A stretch of 54,998 nucleotides of DNA, filler included, from Perkinsus olseni (GCA_013115125.1; 2 parts of 2 records of this genome joined end to end with filler, not necessarily neighbours in it), one strand, 5' to 3'; shown: positions 13,125-27,455, numbered from the whole stretch's first letter. Notes: a model not told the origin generated them from the letters alone. Numbers and translations are program-made.

Positions 13125-13778
13125 ATGTCCTCTCCTGTACCGACCCCCAAGCTTACCTTGGAACAATCTCGAGAAGCCATCCAAGTTGTCATATCTAAGG
13201 TACGGGAACCTGCCAACCGGAAGCGGTTCGAAGGTGAGCATGGAGTGCCTTCGTCTTGGTCTGTCTCGTCGCTGCTTCTCCAGTGTGAGGGAATCGAAAA
13301 TTAGTTGAGTATCTCTTTTGAAGTCGTCAGTGCTCGCTTCCCGGGTTAATCGTGCACACCGCAGCAGTTTCGCTGGTCCGGTTTGGAGTGATTGTCAGGT
13401 ATAGTGACCGAGCTCGAGAAGGAGCAGGACCCTGTCGCAAAGATGCAGAAGAGGATGACCGTGCTCTTGCCGGCTGTCCAGGAGGTTCTTGGTGATGCAA
13501 TCAAACACTATGGTAAGCCTTGTCTCTAACGGACACTCTCGCTCAAGTGATGTCGCTCAAGGCTTCGAGACCGACTCCCAGTCCATCATGAACGGCGTCA
13601 TGCAATTACAAGCGTTTTCTGTGACCGACCCTGTTGTGGCTAACGGGATGAATAAGGTAGGAGCGACGGTCAGCAGCTCGGGCTGGTTTGAATGGTGTTT
13701 TAGGTCATGAGAGCGATGGGTGGAGATTTCTCAGCGATCCTCGAAGAGGATGATGATGAATGCGAAGAGGTTGAATAA
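13125..13778 (+). CDS. Protein C10 (C12orf57/Grcc10 family) homologue
   Basis: Spliced product MSSPVPTPKLTLEQSREAIQVVISKVREPANRKRFE-GIVTELEKEQDPVAKMQKRMTVLLPAVQEVLGDAIKHY-GFETDSQSIMNGVMQLQAFSVTDPVVANGMNKV resembles the C10 pattern (VLP...IKxYGF...DPEIA), recalled from memory. Three GT-AG introns. Confidence 0.75.
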
Positions 13779-14562
13779 AAGAACGAGTTTCTAGAACCCT
13801 CTCCGACTAGATACCGTATACACTGCAAGTTCTTCAACGTCTTTGTCGCGTTTCTTGAAAGTGTAAGCTTTCGATTTGATTTTTATATATGTTTTTCTCC
13901 ATGCTTGATTACCCCGTATGCCAAGTTTCAGACCCCCAATCGCAATAAATTGGAAGAAATGAGGAAAAAACGCGATGTGATATAATTTTGTGGAAGGGTT
14001 TAGTTCCCTGTGCGCCGGATGAGTGTGAAACTCGGCACCTACACTGTATTGTGAAACTATGGGGTGGAACCTTTAACCTCTCATTATATAACTCCCTCTT
14101 GACTGGCAAAGCTCACGTAACCTCCAATATAGTTGGAGCTGCTGATTCATGGCTTCGGTCCCGTGGTAATGACTGTTACACAAGCCCTGTCGTCCTCAGT
14201 TGGCTCAGAGTAAGCAAGCCCTTGTTGTTCTGGTCTAGCCAAGCAAGTTTGCCGCCGCGGGAGGTGCGTCAATCTCCCCCTTGAATTCAATATTTTTATT
14301 TGTTTTCTTCCTGTGATTGAAGATGGCCAATCTTCCTCCCTAAACCCAATTTTTTTGACCTCTTGTGTCCGCCTCGAGGGATGCATCGCGAAGATGATGA
14401 CCTCATCACTTTCCCTCACTAACGGAAGGGGATCAGATATGACGTAAGTCCCCCCCCCTATTTAGAAACTCAAGTCTTCCTCATTACATGTGTAACGAAG
14501 CTGTTTACATAGACATTCATAGTCGTGTAACACTTATATTTACTTGAATAATGGGTATACGA

Positions 14563-16355
14563 TTATATCTTCTCCGCAAGTACGAAATATCTGCGAGAAA
14601 TACTGTACCGATATCAACAGGACGCAACACACAGGACCACAGAGGACCACACAGGCCTCAGCTTACGTAGGCGTGAAGATTCCAGATCTTCCTCCATCGA
14701 CGAGTCCTTCCGCGCCGTGGGCCAGCATCTTAGCAGTCCCAGACGCACCCTTGGGAGCGATACGAAGAATCTCAAGTAGAGCAACAAAGGCGCTGAGAAA
14801 GTTGAGAGTGATACGGCAGGGATGATGAACGGTTTATCACTTATTGAATGCACGGCCCAGTGTGGACATTTGCATGCCTTGCAAGGACCATGGGTCTGAA
14901 CACATTGCGGAAAGCGCTTTCGCCGTCAACAACGACCTAGCTGCGAGGCTTACTCGCGAGAGGTTCATACCACGGGATGTCCCTCTCGCCGTTGATGGTC
15001 TTGGCAGAATCGCACATATCATAATCTTCAATGACTTTGAAACCAACACTCTTCAGCTGTTTGACCACATCTTTAGCGGGTATTACATTGGCGATACCTA
15101 CAACGCGCCGCGCTAACTTGAGCATCCGTTAGATCGCTCCCACCATTTCCCCTTTCAATTGCCCTCTTCACCTTCTGGTGCCATGGATCTTTCGGGTTGT
15201 ATCTACACGCGAATGTCGGACTCAAGCGAGCTCCCCGCACGATGTCGCCTACTTGTCGGTCATGGCCCACTCGTAGGTGAGCAGCTTGCCTCCTTTCTTC
15301 AGAGCTTTGAACGCCTCCGTGAATGTCGGTACACGATCGGGGGTGTGCACGGATGATTCACAGTAATACCTGATACGAACGTATCACTTTATTGAGAAAT
15401 GGCGAATGCCTTACACCGCATCAAGGCTTCCCGGTTCGAAAACCTTAGGCACGATCTCAGTGAAGTCACCCTGTACATAATGGCATCGATCCTTCATCCA
15501 CTGGGATAGTGGACGGGTGTGACGCTTCGCCCTCTCGACCTGACCAGCAGGCGCTTGCTGATACTTCCCCCTTATCACGATGGTAGCATGCGAGAAGTAC
15601 ATAAAGGGACAGAGCCGGTCGTCAGCAGTGGTGCTCACCTGATATTGGTTGATGGTCACCCCAGTGACGGTGGCACCACAGAACCTAGGACACCAACGGA
15701 GAGGAATCTACATCCCATCCTGTGAGTGACGGTTGGCTAGTCGGAGCAGTCGGACGGTATCCAGAAGTTGCCACGTACCCAACAACAGACCTCAAGGGGC
15801 CTCCCACCCCCATACCGAGGTCTCCGACTTTCATCCCATCCTTCAACCCTAGCTTGAGGGCAATAAGATGCCTGAGAGGCGACTGAGGCCCCGCTCGTCT
15901 AACAACGAAACGCACTGAACTCACTCAAGCCTGGCTATGGAGGCCTCCCTTGTTTCTGATCTTCTGCGGGGTGCGAAGTGGAAACTCTGGCCCCAACCAT
16001 ACTCGTAGAAATCAGTGGCGATTTTGTAGTACCTAGACGAAGAAGAAGCGACGAAGGGGAACGATGAACAGCGCACTCGTCTGTGCAGGCTTTATCATCA
16101 TGCGAGAGTGTGCTTGCTTCGGGCTTGCCCTCGAACTTAGAATCATAAGATTCGAAAATACTTCCTCGATCGTGGCCTGAACAGAATGAACGATGAGCCG
16201 GCAGTGGCGAGAGAATATCTTGAAGAGGTGGTGGGCTTACTAATTATAGCCATGATGCTGTCGCTGCTTCGGATAACGGGACCGAGGAAAACGGCAGCGA
16301 CGAGGACGAAAATTGTCCCAGCAGCCCATAAGGGAGCGGACTCGAGAGAGAACAT
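14563..16355 (-). CDS. SMT1: Sterol 24-C-methyltransferase (SMT1/ERG6 family)
   Basis: [22 protein letters not shown] (about 15965-16035), SAM motif [42 protein letters not shown]-terminal [16 protein letters not shown] then stop. Confidence 0.93.
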
Positions 16356-17145
16356 GATCGAGAACAGATCAGGCTGGAGAAACCAGGCGATTAGTAGAGG
16401 GGAAGTGAACGAGTTTCGAGGGCTCTGGGGGGCTCGGAAAGGTATTCAACGTAGGGTGCTCGCGGGATGGTAAAGTGAGGTTCTCGAAGACGAAACGAAT
16501 CTTCACTGTGCGCTACCTGGCACGCGCGGTTATCAGATCCTCTACCCAAATCTAAGCTTGCCACGGCGGTTCTCAAGCAGGTGATGTCGACGCCTTTCAA
16601 CTCAACTTAGAGATCTCAGAATGAGCATCAGAAACTGCTGCAATTTGATGGTGGTCCTAAGCCAACGTCTGAACCGTCGTTCAATGGCAGTGCTGCCCTA
16701 TCAAGATGAAAGAACATGGGCAACAGATATGCTGACGGGCCATTCCGGCAATTCGAGCTCGGCCTTAGAGAGCCCACCAAGCAATTTCAGGAGGCCTTCT
16801 AAGTTGATCAACGCAAGTCCATTCGGATGCGGCCAACGGTCCCATCATGAAGCGTCGGTGCTTTCACGAGGTCGAGAGGTCCCTTCGAGCTCCCATGCCC
16901 GCTCGGCCGGGTGCCGAGTAACAATCGTGATGATCCCCGTGATGGGACTCGACTGCACCCAGGTGTGTATCTTCTTTGGAAGGGAAGTGAGTACGTAGTC
17001 GCTTTGCCTGGAGATGCCGGCGCTCCCCATGAAGTTGTGACCCCTCAAGCCCCCCGAGCATCATGACTTCAGCTCGATAATGCTTGACCGATGAGACGCC
17101 CATCCGACGTTAAGAACACAACATCAGCCGGAGGAAGTGGTGATA

Positions 17146-18679
17146 TCACAGTCTCGGTCCGTTGGCGAATCGACGAACTTTGGGCTGTGCAAGGAAGGCC
17201 TCCACGTCCCGCCAGAATGCGGCCTGATGATGATGATCAGAAAATGATGATCCTCTCCATGACGTCCCCCCTTCGCAGTCAACAACACCTGAACCGCGGC
17301 ATCGGTATGGCGCTGATTCTTCTTCAACTTCAACGTTTTCACGTTCCAAGTACCGCCAACCGTCTGGGGATCCGCCACATCATCCTCGTATCTACACAAC
17401 TCGCCCTGTGCATGGTTCAACCTATGATACCACTCCCTCACCGTATGCTAACTCCCAAGACACTATGGAAGAGGTCTGCCTCAGACTTGAAGGGCCAGTG
17501 CTTCAACTGCCATCTCTTACCATCCAGGATGATCGCCACGCACGACTTCCAATCATTCCTACCAACAAGGCCAATATCAATAGACAGTCTGTAATAACCA
17601 CGATGGGAGGAGGAGGGGGCCACTACGCCACATGGCACCAGCAGCAGCAAGCAAGCGAACGCTTCAACTGCTCGGCCGCCGTCATCGCGCCATCAAGTGG
17701 CCGCACCGGCCTCCTCTTTGCATGTGTTACTCTTCAACCAACAGTAAGGAGTGGGAGGGGAGGAGGGCTTCCTCCAAGGCACAAGGCCAGCAGCACGAAT
17801 GATTGATTCCATCATCAGCAGACACAGCTTATCATCACTTTCGGAATGTGGTGACACTGTCGACGATCCTGAACTCCCAGGTGAAGCCTCCGATCTTCTT
17901 GCTGAACGTCACCGGGCCTTCTGGTCGAGCCATCCTCCCTACATGACGTCATCATCATAACAATAACAACGACCCTCGTCGCAGGGCTCACTCGGGTCTG
18001 GTTCCTGATACACGCCTTCTTCAAGGAACTTCTTCGCATTGAGGATGTTGATGCGGGAAGCACTGCTGCTGATTGAAGGCACAACCTATACCACACCAAA
18101 CGCAAACAATGATCCCCAGCGTGACGACCGTCAAAGGCTCACTATAGTGGGTTTGAACTTCTTCTGCGCGATGTCGTTGATCTCCTCAATCAACGGTCGC
18201 GCCTTCGGGACCGATGCATGGGGAACCGACGACAAGTGGCTCCGAGGCCGCTTCTTCGCCGGATTCTCGTCGTCTTGCATCGCCCCTCTGGTGCCCTTCC
18301 GTGATGGGCCTGCTCCCAGCAGCTGCGTGGCAGTCACCGAATACTCAAACCCTTGCCTGCTGTTGCTGCCGAGTTTTGCTGTATATGATGAGTTTGCTTC
18401 TCCTTCAACTTCTCTGGTGACAGTCGAGCACGGTGACCGAGAAAGATCTCCACAGAGGGCAGGTCCTCCGTCGAGAGCCCCAGCTCCTCACGACCGTACC
18501 GGACGGCCAAGTCTTGCTTCACGTCCTGACATGTAACGTGTGCCTCTCAGCCGTACTCCGAAAAGGCCCACCCTATTAGTGAGGATGCGCCGGCCATTGC
18601 TCTGCAACTCCGCCTCGTATTTCCGTAGAACGCTCAGCTTAACAGGAGCCTTCATCCATTCCGGTGTGTGCCCTGCCAT
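17146..18679 (-). CDS. CDC73: CDC73/parafibromin (PAF1 complex) C-terminal-domain protein
   Basis: DWKSCVAIILDGKRWQLKHWPF..ADLFHSVLG, RYEDD...WNVKTLKLKKNQRHTD..AAFWRDVEAFL match the CDC73 C-terminal consensus; KPTIV motif upstream. Start codon tentative. Confidence 0.82.
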
Positions 18680-18819
18680 CACCACGCTCAAGGACAGCAA
18701 CTACTATGAGCATCACCATCATCAGGCTCCGCACAACTCCAACGCAAGCCTTCCAGACTGACCATAAGTAGTAATAGCATCATCAGTGCTTTCAAGTGTA
18801 TCAGTTTGTAACCGCATCA

Positions 18820-19218
18820 GGTTGCAGTAGCTGCAATAGCGGCCCTCACGCGGGTCAAAAAACTATGAACAGGACAGCCGGCGGGCCTCAGACAGCCGGC
18901 ACGGCGGAAGTGGTAGGAGGCAACTGTACGAGGTAAACTCTCGGAAGGGTACACAGAGAGGGCAGTACAAAAGACAGGGCCTATCATCAATATCCCAGCA
19001 TAAACCGCTCGAGCTCGGCCTCGCCACGGGCTGCTGCCCGCTTCTCTCTGTCGGACTTCTGCTCACCCCGACCAACATTACCTTTTCGGTGATACCTTAT
19101 CTTGCCATCTACACTCTTGCAGGGGTTAGCAGCCGTGATGAAAGCAAAGCATCCAGAGGTTGGCTCTGGTGCATGCTGGCGCCGCTCTGGGCGGCTTCCA
19201 GTTTCCGCTGTACTCCGC

Positions 19219-19254
<36 letters not shown>

Positions 19255-19421
19255 TTCTTGTTTTCTTCGAAGTCATCAGCCGGTTCGGAAATTATGGTGC
19301 GAGCTTTGGGCTGCGGCCAGAGTTTCCGACAGACCTTTAAAATGATAACGGTGAGAACTGTCGTTAGTATGGGTCGAAGCCACTCGCTCTCTAGCAGCAG
19401 CAAGGCATGCATTAGAACCAA
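18820..19421 (-). CDS. Small hypothetical protein with an N-terminal hydrophobic segment and polyQ
   Basis: ORF 18987-19421: hydrophobic ILTTVLTVIIL followed by Q10; exon structure unresolved. Confidence 0.35.
19221..19252. repeat. (CTG)n microsatellite, polyQ on the minus strand
   Basis: Directly visible. Confidence 0.95.
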
Positions 19422-20124
19422 GACGACAACAACAACAATGATAGTAGGCTACTACATGGAGAGAATTAGGCCAATGAATGCCCACAGCCACCTACGGCGA
19501 GGGAGTATCAGAGATCGTGAAAGGGAGTGCCCCTATTCAACAAACAATTGAAGTGCAGAGCATATAGAACCCCAACATGACTCCCTTGACCACCTCTATC
19601 CAACCGGTTAAGTCCGACTACCCCTGCCGATGCCCCAGACAGGATCGATGGACTCAACAGATGATAACAATACTGATGGACAACAAGCATGGTAAATCAT
19701 CGGCCGTAGCAAAGGGTTGAACTGAAAACTCGAGGGGCTGCTGCCTCGTAATGTTCTTGGGTCTTGCAGGATACATTGCCGCGACGTGTCCAACCTGAGG
19801 TACCGTAATTTCGCACATTCCGAGAGCCGCGAACGGGCAGTGTAGGCCAGTAGTCGAGCTACCGATCCGGAGGCATTGCCTATCGAGCCGCCGAAGCTCG
19901 TGCAGCTCGACAGGTAAGCAACAGGCAAATCCCAGCAGTTCCCTCGGATGGGAGGACCCGTCCCCACAGCAGTCCTCTCACCTTTCCTCAGCCTCCCAGA
20001 GTCGTATACACTTGAGAAATGCACTTCCCTCTGAGGAGGCCGAGCCCCGTTGTTCAATGGCAGGAGACCATCCTGTGACTTGGGTAGTGAGGGGTAGGCG
20101 AAGCTACCATACCTACACCACTAC

Positions 20125-20168
<44 letters not shown>
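20125..20168. repeat. (GAT)n microsatellite
   Basis: Directly visible. Confidence 0.95.
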
Positions 20169-20199
20169 CCGAATCATCAACAGCCGTCAACGGGTGATT

Positions 20200-22669
20200 G
20201 TGCCATGAAACACAAACCTCTGTCACTCAAACTCATCAACAGTAGCGATACAAATATGCTCATTTTCCACATTTCTCGATTTACGTTTTCTGCCGACCAA
20301 GTTGATCCACCCGTGCAACCCATGAGTGATAAGATTCTCACCTGAAATTGGTAGTGGTATAATGTTGCATCTGATGATGATATCCTGCGCCATCGCCGGG
20401 GCACTCGACCAGAGTTGGTATTGTCGGTTCGCTGTATACTCCGCCTCGGGCAAGACTGCAGTAGCCTGAAGGAGACCCAAAGATGGGAAGACGTTGCTCT
20501 CAGAACAAGCCTGTTACTGGAAGGATCAGCAATCTCATGCGAATGTTGAAGCCGCTTCGCTCCGCTGCTCTTTGCCCGCAGTCGTGCCAAACGGCCAACG
20601 TCTACGAACTTACGGTGTCGAGCATCGTTCTGCGCGTGCTGAAGAATCGGAGTATTTCGCACAACACTACCGCGGAGCGTCGAAGCAGACGACCCCACTC
20701 GTGTAAAGGTGAGCGTCGGTCGTTCGTGTCTTATAACCTCTCTGTCAACCCTTCTCCTTCCTCCCACTGACAGACAACCGCTCAACCGCCACCCGAAGGC
20801 GCAGGCGCATACAACAAACGAGTCCAATAACAAGCAGCTTCACGAAGAATAGTACAACGGGGAAGATACGGCCCTTCCTGCGGCGATCGAGGGGATCCAA
20901 CAGAGGATAATTAGGCTACGATTGGGTCGGAGGAGTGGCAGACAGGGGAAGAGTGCCGAGGGTACAAGTGCAAGGGGCCATTGATAGCGAGACGGTCTTC
21001 AGATTGCCCCGAACAATGCTCCCGATGGCGAGCTTCGACTGAGGACTTTCCGTAAAGACCAAAAATTTGTCGTAAGAAATGCTCCCGAGGGATCATCGGA
21101 GAAGGCGCACCGGAGATGAGTATTACTCGAAACTTTTGCAGCTACTGCACTCTCCGCAGTCCACAGGTTGGAGAATAGATGAGCACTCACTCGGGCCCCT
21201 CGGTTGGCAATAGAATCGGATGGCAACCTGAGGACTGACCAGTAGCTGGAGAAGAGTCCTTTCCCTACAACGACCCCAATCACAGAGCTGAGTTCATGGT
21301 TTTTGTTCTAAGCAGTAGGGATTGGAGCGTGGGGCGGTGCGTGACCATCAAACGCCGAATGGGATCTACTCCACGTCTCAACGGGATCAGATCGTCCAAT
21401 CTCTACAAGAATGATTTTGCAGTGAAAGCAACGAGCTAGAAACTGAAGTCGGATGATTGAAGTTCTACATTTGCCGAGATCATCCTTAACGACCACGAGA
21501 AACTGAGTAATACCTCGCACCGCAGGAGGCCCTGCCATCAACAGGCGTCCAGAAGGCAGATGTCGTCTTCTCGCGGCGGTCACAACGTGCTGCCATCGTT
21601 ACGAGTGAGAATAGAAGAACTAATGTGCCGAGCCGTACTCCCCTTTCAACGCAAGCATCCAAAAATTGTCAGGCAAAGCCGCATCAGAAGGGTAAAGCAT
21701 GTCCACCGACGACTATGACGCCGTTAAATGAGCATATCTTTAACAAGGAGTGGCACTGCACATGATATTGAGAACATGATTACCTGCCATTACACTCATC
21801 GAGTTGAAGACTCTTCAAGCTTGCCTCACCAAGAAGATAAACTTCTTCCACCAAAGGGCTCGCTGCTTTGCTTTGAACTCGGCGGTGTCCATGCGGACGC
21901 CGATGCTGACCTGATCATATCATCAATATCGGAGACCATCACAGCCCAGCCTTTACTACCCCAGGTAGACCTCCGCGTCCCGGTGGGTTTCTGAAAAGGG
22001 GTCGAATGGTTCGGAAAACGACATGCTGAAGCTATCACATCTGTATGGCCAATAAGCGGCCGTCATCGGTTTGGTAACCAAGTTGACCTAAAGATACCCC
22101 CTGTCCGCTGCACTGCCCCAGCGTCAAAGTCTACCATCACGGCCTAGCACCACACGACTCTTGACCAATGAGGATTGTATGCTCCTCAGCTCGTTATCCC
22201 TCTCATGCATCAGAACCTTCAACTGATGATATCTGAGCTCGGAGACAGCTTACCCTGCGGACATGTACTCTCCCTCACTTCTTGAGATAGTCCGGTTCCT
22301 CCGGGAAATAGCTTGAGCCCGAACCCTAGCAAACACGGAGCAATCGCAAGGCAACTGGAAGGGTTTACTACAGAGGCCATCCCCGATGACGACGACGACG
22401 AAGCCTTTCCACTGGAAGCATAGTCATAATCATCATCAGCAGCAGCAGCAGACTGCTCTTCAGTCAGGAAGGGCGTACCCATTCGCCCTAGTCAAAAACT
22501 GCTGCTGGGATGGAGTAGAGTGGAGGGACTGCACACTACCAAGGACCCTTCTGTTATCATCCGCACCTCTCATGAACATTGGCTGTCGTCCACCAACAGA
22601 AAACGGCTGAATGTACGTCGAGTGAATAGCAGTAAAGACAGCAGCAGTAGCAGCGGCATAGTACTTCAT
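20200..22669 (-). CDS. Possible multi-exon hypothetical protein with a signal-peptide-like start
   Basis: ORF start MKYYAAATAAVFTAIHS and scattered exon-like fragments; no family recognised and structure unresolved. Confidence 0.25.
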
Positions 22670-23020
22670 CTCGCCCTATTGATGTCGTAGGAGGGGCGTT
22701 CTGCATCGACATGTTAACTCGGGCAGCGAAGACTTGCGCAATTTTAGGACTGATTTTGCTTCGCTCCGCCCTCGTGACGCCACGTCGCATTTTTTGTTCG
22801 ATCAGCTAGCGCGTGCTGCTACTCGAGCCGTCCATCATCCCGGTTGCTTCTCGAGCCGAGTGTTCAGTAAGGTGCATGAATGTCTCGTGCAACATTACTC
22901 ACTAGTCGAACTCAAGAGGGGCGTAATAAAACGTTTGTGTACGTTACAGGCAATAGGGAATACTAACAATCATCATCATCATCATCCTAATGGCGGCTAA
23001 GAAGTTAATGAACCGTAATA

Positions 23021-24466
23021 CTATTCATTATCGATATCATCATCGTTATCACTATTGGACCGAGTCTCGTCTCCCGTCGCTGGCACGGTTGGCGAAATAT
23101 CACAACTGTCCCTTCTGTCTGCCATATCCCGAGCCTTCCTTAGCCGTCCATGCCCCTCAGCTGGCGCTTCAGCTGCTTGCTCCTCGTCGACACTCATAGA
23201 ATCATCACCATCGTCAACCTCCTCAACGTTGACGGAACCCTCGCCTTCAGAAGCAGTAGTAGCATCTGTATCACTGTCATCATCGAATTCATCGGCAATC
23301 TCCCGATCGGAGACAACGAAGGAGTCCAGAGAATCATCACTATCACCCTCCTCCTCGTGCCGTTGTATCCAGCCGTCCACTACCTAACAACCCATTCAAA
23401 CGCTGATACAGTCGGTTAACTGGCGACCTACTTTTTTGGCTGCCGGGAAAACATCACATATAGCACGACGGACTCTATCCTTCTCCTGAAGGACCGAACC
23501 CCCAACAATGTCGTCGAAGAAATTGCTCTTCAGTATCGCATCTGAGACAGTAGACATTCGTGAGTTCATAAGCTCACGACCATGACCCACCAAGACAAGC
23601 ATTAGATTCGGTCTCCTCGGACGGATGGTACATCCGCCTCGTCATCGCCACAACATCTTCCACGTTATCGCAGGCATTCTCAACGAGCTCAAACACAAGT
23701 CTCCTGGCCTCCTCTGCCGACAGGTTGTACGGCTGGTCTCGCAAAGTATGGAGAGAACAATCTTTCACGCTCACCAGACCAGAGCCGACCAGATCAGCGA
23801 ATATCTCAATAAAGTCGCCATCGAAGCTGGGGTCCTTCATTCCAAGACATATGAACTGCATCTTCTGTCGATTCGTCACGCAATTACCGAGTCCCTCGTA
23901 AAATTCCGGGCACTGTAAATGGCCGTAAAGAACCAACTCATGACTGATGGATCGAAGCAGCTCGCGTCCAGCGTGTGGTTTCCGTCCCCTTAACTCGAAT
24001 ATCAGAGCCTGTATTAATGTACCTGCAGAAAGGGGTCACTTGGAAAAGAGGAAACACTGCTTTTACCGAGGTGATGGCTGCCGGGAGGGACTCCTGCCAA
24101 CGAGCCGCCGTCGTTATCTTCCTCATCAATGTCTGAAGAAGAGTATAATGGAATGATACCCAGGTGTGTCAATGGCAGATGCAGGTACTGCGAGAATCGA
24201 AAGAGGGCTGATGAAGCTGCACTCGAAGTAGGACTAGAAATAGGGTCGAGTAGACTAGCACGGCCAGCGTGTCCACAAAATCTGCGTCGAGCAGCCGATG
24301 ACAGTAACAATTCCATCCTTGTCCGAGTTAGCCGGAGCCTCTCCTCACCTCTCGTCGTTGATGCTGAAAACTTGACGGCTGCCCGCTTAACTGTTCTGAC
24401 AGCAAAATCGAACTCTACTTTGACGACATCCTCAAAGCTGAGTACAGCAGCCGGGGCAGACGACAT
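23021..24466 (-). CDS. Hypothetical protein with an acidic C-terminal tail
   Basis: Consecutive minus-strand ORFs (24014-24466, 23574-23936, 23396-23602, 23021-23380) look joinable through short introns; the last exon is D/E-rich. Confidence 0.55.
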
Positions 24467-25776
24467 CGCCGGCTAGGTAAATGGCTCTGTGCGCATACAC
24501 AGGAAGCAGTAAAGGCAATTAGCAGACGTGGAACGCAAAGAGGGGTATAAGGAAACGTGTAAGATCATCTACTATAGGGAATAATCTGATAATGATGATT
24601 ATGATGAAGATTTTACAATGACTACTGCCCACCAGAACTGTGGAGGAGGTCTTGGTGATAGTAGTAGTAGGAGTAGTAGTAATGAATGAGTTGGTATTGA
24701 GATGGTATGAGTTGGTGTTGAAGTTGTTACTTCATTATGACAGTTGTAACAGAGGAACTGTTATTACTGCTGTTGCTGCTGCAGCTCTCTTTGCAAGAGC
24801 AAGATGCCATCAGAGTGTGAACTTCTTCAACAACCAACATCTTACTCTTTAGACTACACATTACTGTCACAAAACGATAAATGCGATAAAAAGCATTACG
24901 ACCATACAGCACAAAGGACAACAGGCTCTCCAGACTTCCATAACACCGACGACTACTACGACAGAGCTACGGACGGCACCACCACCATGACCGCAACGAC
25001 GACGACGACGACGACAAATATCATAATAATAATGATGATGACGCTTCAATTGGAAGTAGCGAAACTCCGCGCTTTGTGTTCCATATTATTATCACTTTAC
25101 GATGGCTCACTTTGACCACAAGCACCGCAGCCCGGAATACTACAACAACAAGAAGAAGAGGAGAACAACGATGATGATGCTGATGTTGATAATGTTACTC
25201 GCTCATGAATTCATCCCTCTACGACCTCGACATGTCAGCGAAAATCTACTAGTCACACAAGTAGAAGTTGTTTTTGGAGCAGAAGAAATGGTAGGGTTCA
25301 CACCACTAGAACAGCGGTAGAAGCACCCGTCAACATCATCAAGAAGCAGGGAGAACAAGCACCAGAACTGCCATCAGCGATGGTTTGGGGAAGTATACAG
25401 AGGAAATACTCGCAAACCAGCGCTAGGCCTCAAGAATGCCAAGACAATCTTAAAGATACCGACGACGACGACCAAGACGACCAAGACGACAAGAGCAGCC
25501 TTCATTTCTCGCAGAAGCAGCGGCAGCAGCAGAGCCCAATGCAAAACTATTGGGCGTCGAAAAAGGTAGTGAATGGTGGCGGTGGTCGACGAGAACATCC
25601 ATGAGGAAGCCATGTTATGGCAGAGACCGATACAGTCTATTATTGAACAACAAGGAGGATACTGTATAATCATCATTATCATGCTGATATTATTGTTATT
25701 AGAAATTGAGGTCTCAGAGAAGGTCACATAAGGGGGAAACTACATAACGGGTATGACACCACTATTACTACTACAA

Positions 25777-27388
25777 CTACTCCCCGCGACCTTCCGGCCT
25801 TGGTGCTCCGCAACCCCGTTTGTTACAGAAAGTCCTCCGCGGATAATTTAAGTTGCCGCACTCTAAACACCTGAAGTTGCGGTAAGTCTCAAGCGATCGG
25901 ATATGAGAACTCCACTTACGTCCAGCAACCTTCCGGTATCGGTGCTGCTGCTGCTGCTGCCCCTGCAGCTGATGCTGTCCCCCTGCCCCGGGCATGCTCC
26001 GACCCGTGATGCTCAGGAATGGTATTAATACCAGGACCACTGGAAGTAGTAGTAGGGATAGAAGAAGGGATCATCTGTGCTGCTGCACCGGTGGCCACAA
26101 CCAATGGGGATTGGCCCCCGCTAGTATATGATAGTGTGGGTACACTACTGCTCATCGCAAGTTGTTGAGCATACGCTGGGTCAACCTAAGATACCTTTCT
26201 TGTTTTTAACGAGTTGCTAAATTGCTGTCAATACCTCTTGACGTGGTCGTTTACAGTGATGACCGTTACAGAAGGCTCTGTGGGGGTAGTTGACATTGTT
26301 ACAAGCTGAACAGACCCAGCTGCCACTCACTGAACGAGTAAAGGAAATCTACCGAAGAACATCAGGCAACAACGAGATGCTACTACTTGGTGCTGCTTGC
26401 TGCTGTTGGCCTTGCTGTTGAGCTAATCCTCCTCTTCCCGTTGGTAACGCAGCCTGCAGCTGTTGAGGTAGAGGGAAATTAAGGCCGCTTTGGCCATACT
26501 GAGTACTGCCTGGCATGACCATAGGAGCCAGTGCTGCTGCTGCTGCTGCTGCTGCTGATGGGGTCATCGACGCCTTTGCCCTCGGTCCCCCTGTAGCACT
26601 TCGCAATCCACTATTCAAGAGCGAAGCGACCCTCACCTTGATCATAAACTCCAACTTGCTGTCGTTGTTGCTGTTGATTCTGTTGTTGTGCCAACTCCGC
26701 AGCTCTCCGACTGCAGGAACATGACGAGTAGAATTACCGATTCGCGAAGAACGTGACGTATTACTTGAAAAGCAAAGCTTGCGTTTGGGAGTCCATTGGC
26801 CGAGGCAGGCCACACTTTCGCATATTGCAAACAAACCGATTCCGATAGTTGATGTTACCACAAACACACCTCCACTCACTCAGGGGTCTTGGTGCCTAAA
26901 TCAACAATAAGATACCATTCCCCATGTGCATGCGTGCAAGTGATGATGATGATCGTATCATAATCCTACCTGACACTTATGCATATTGCAAAAGAGTCGA
27001 TTGGCGTAATTGATATTGCCGCATTGCTCACACTGCCAGCTACCCTCCGTCTGCCGAGCCTTTTCGGATTCAGCAGTAGTACTCGGGTCAATTGTACCAA
27101 GACCCGGACCAGCACCACCATGATGATGATGATGCTGCTGCTGTTGATGATGATGGTGTGGTAAGGACCCTAGATTAACACCAACACTACCATGTATACC
27201 CTTCATTCCCTGTCCCACCTCTTGCTCCTTCTGAGTACGTCATCCCGGCAGAGGGCACCTGCTGCTGCTGCTGCTGGCGATCGAACCCCCGCACTGCAGC
27301 TGCAGTAGCAGTAGCAGCATTGAGTTGCTGTTGCATCGCCATCTGTCCATCCAGAGATGCTCCGTACGATCGAGTCCCTCCTAATTGC

Positions 27389-27455
<67 letters not shown>

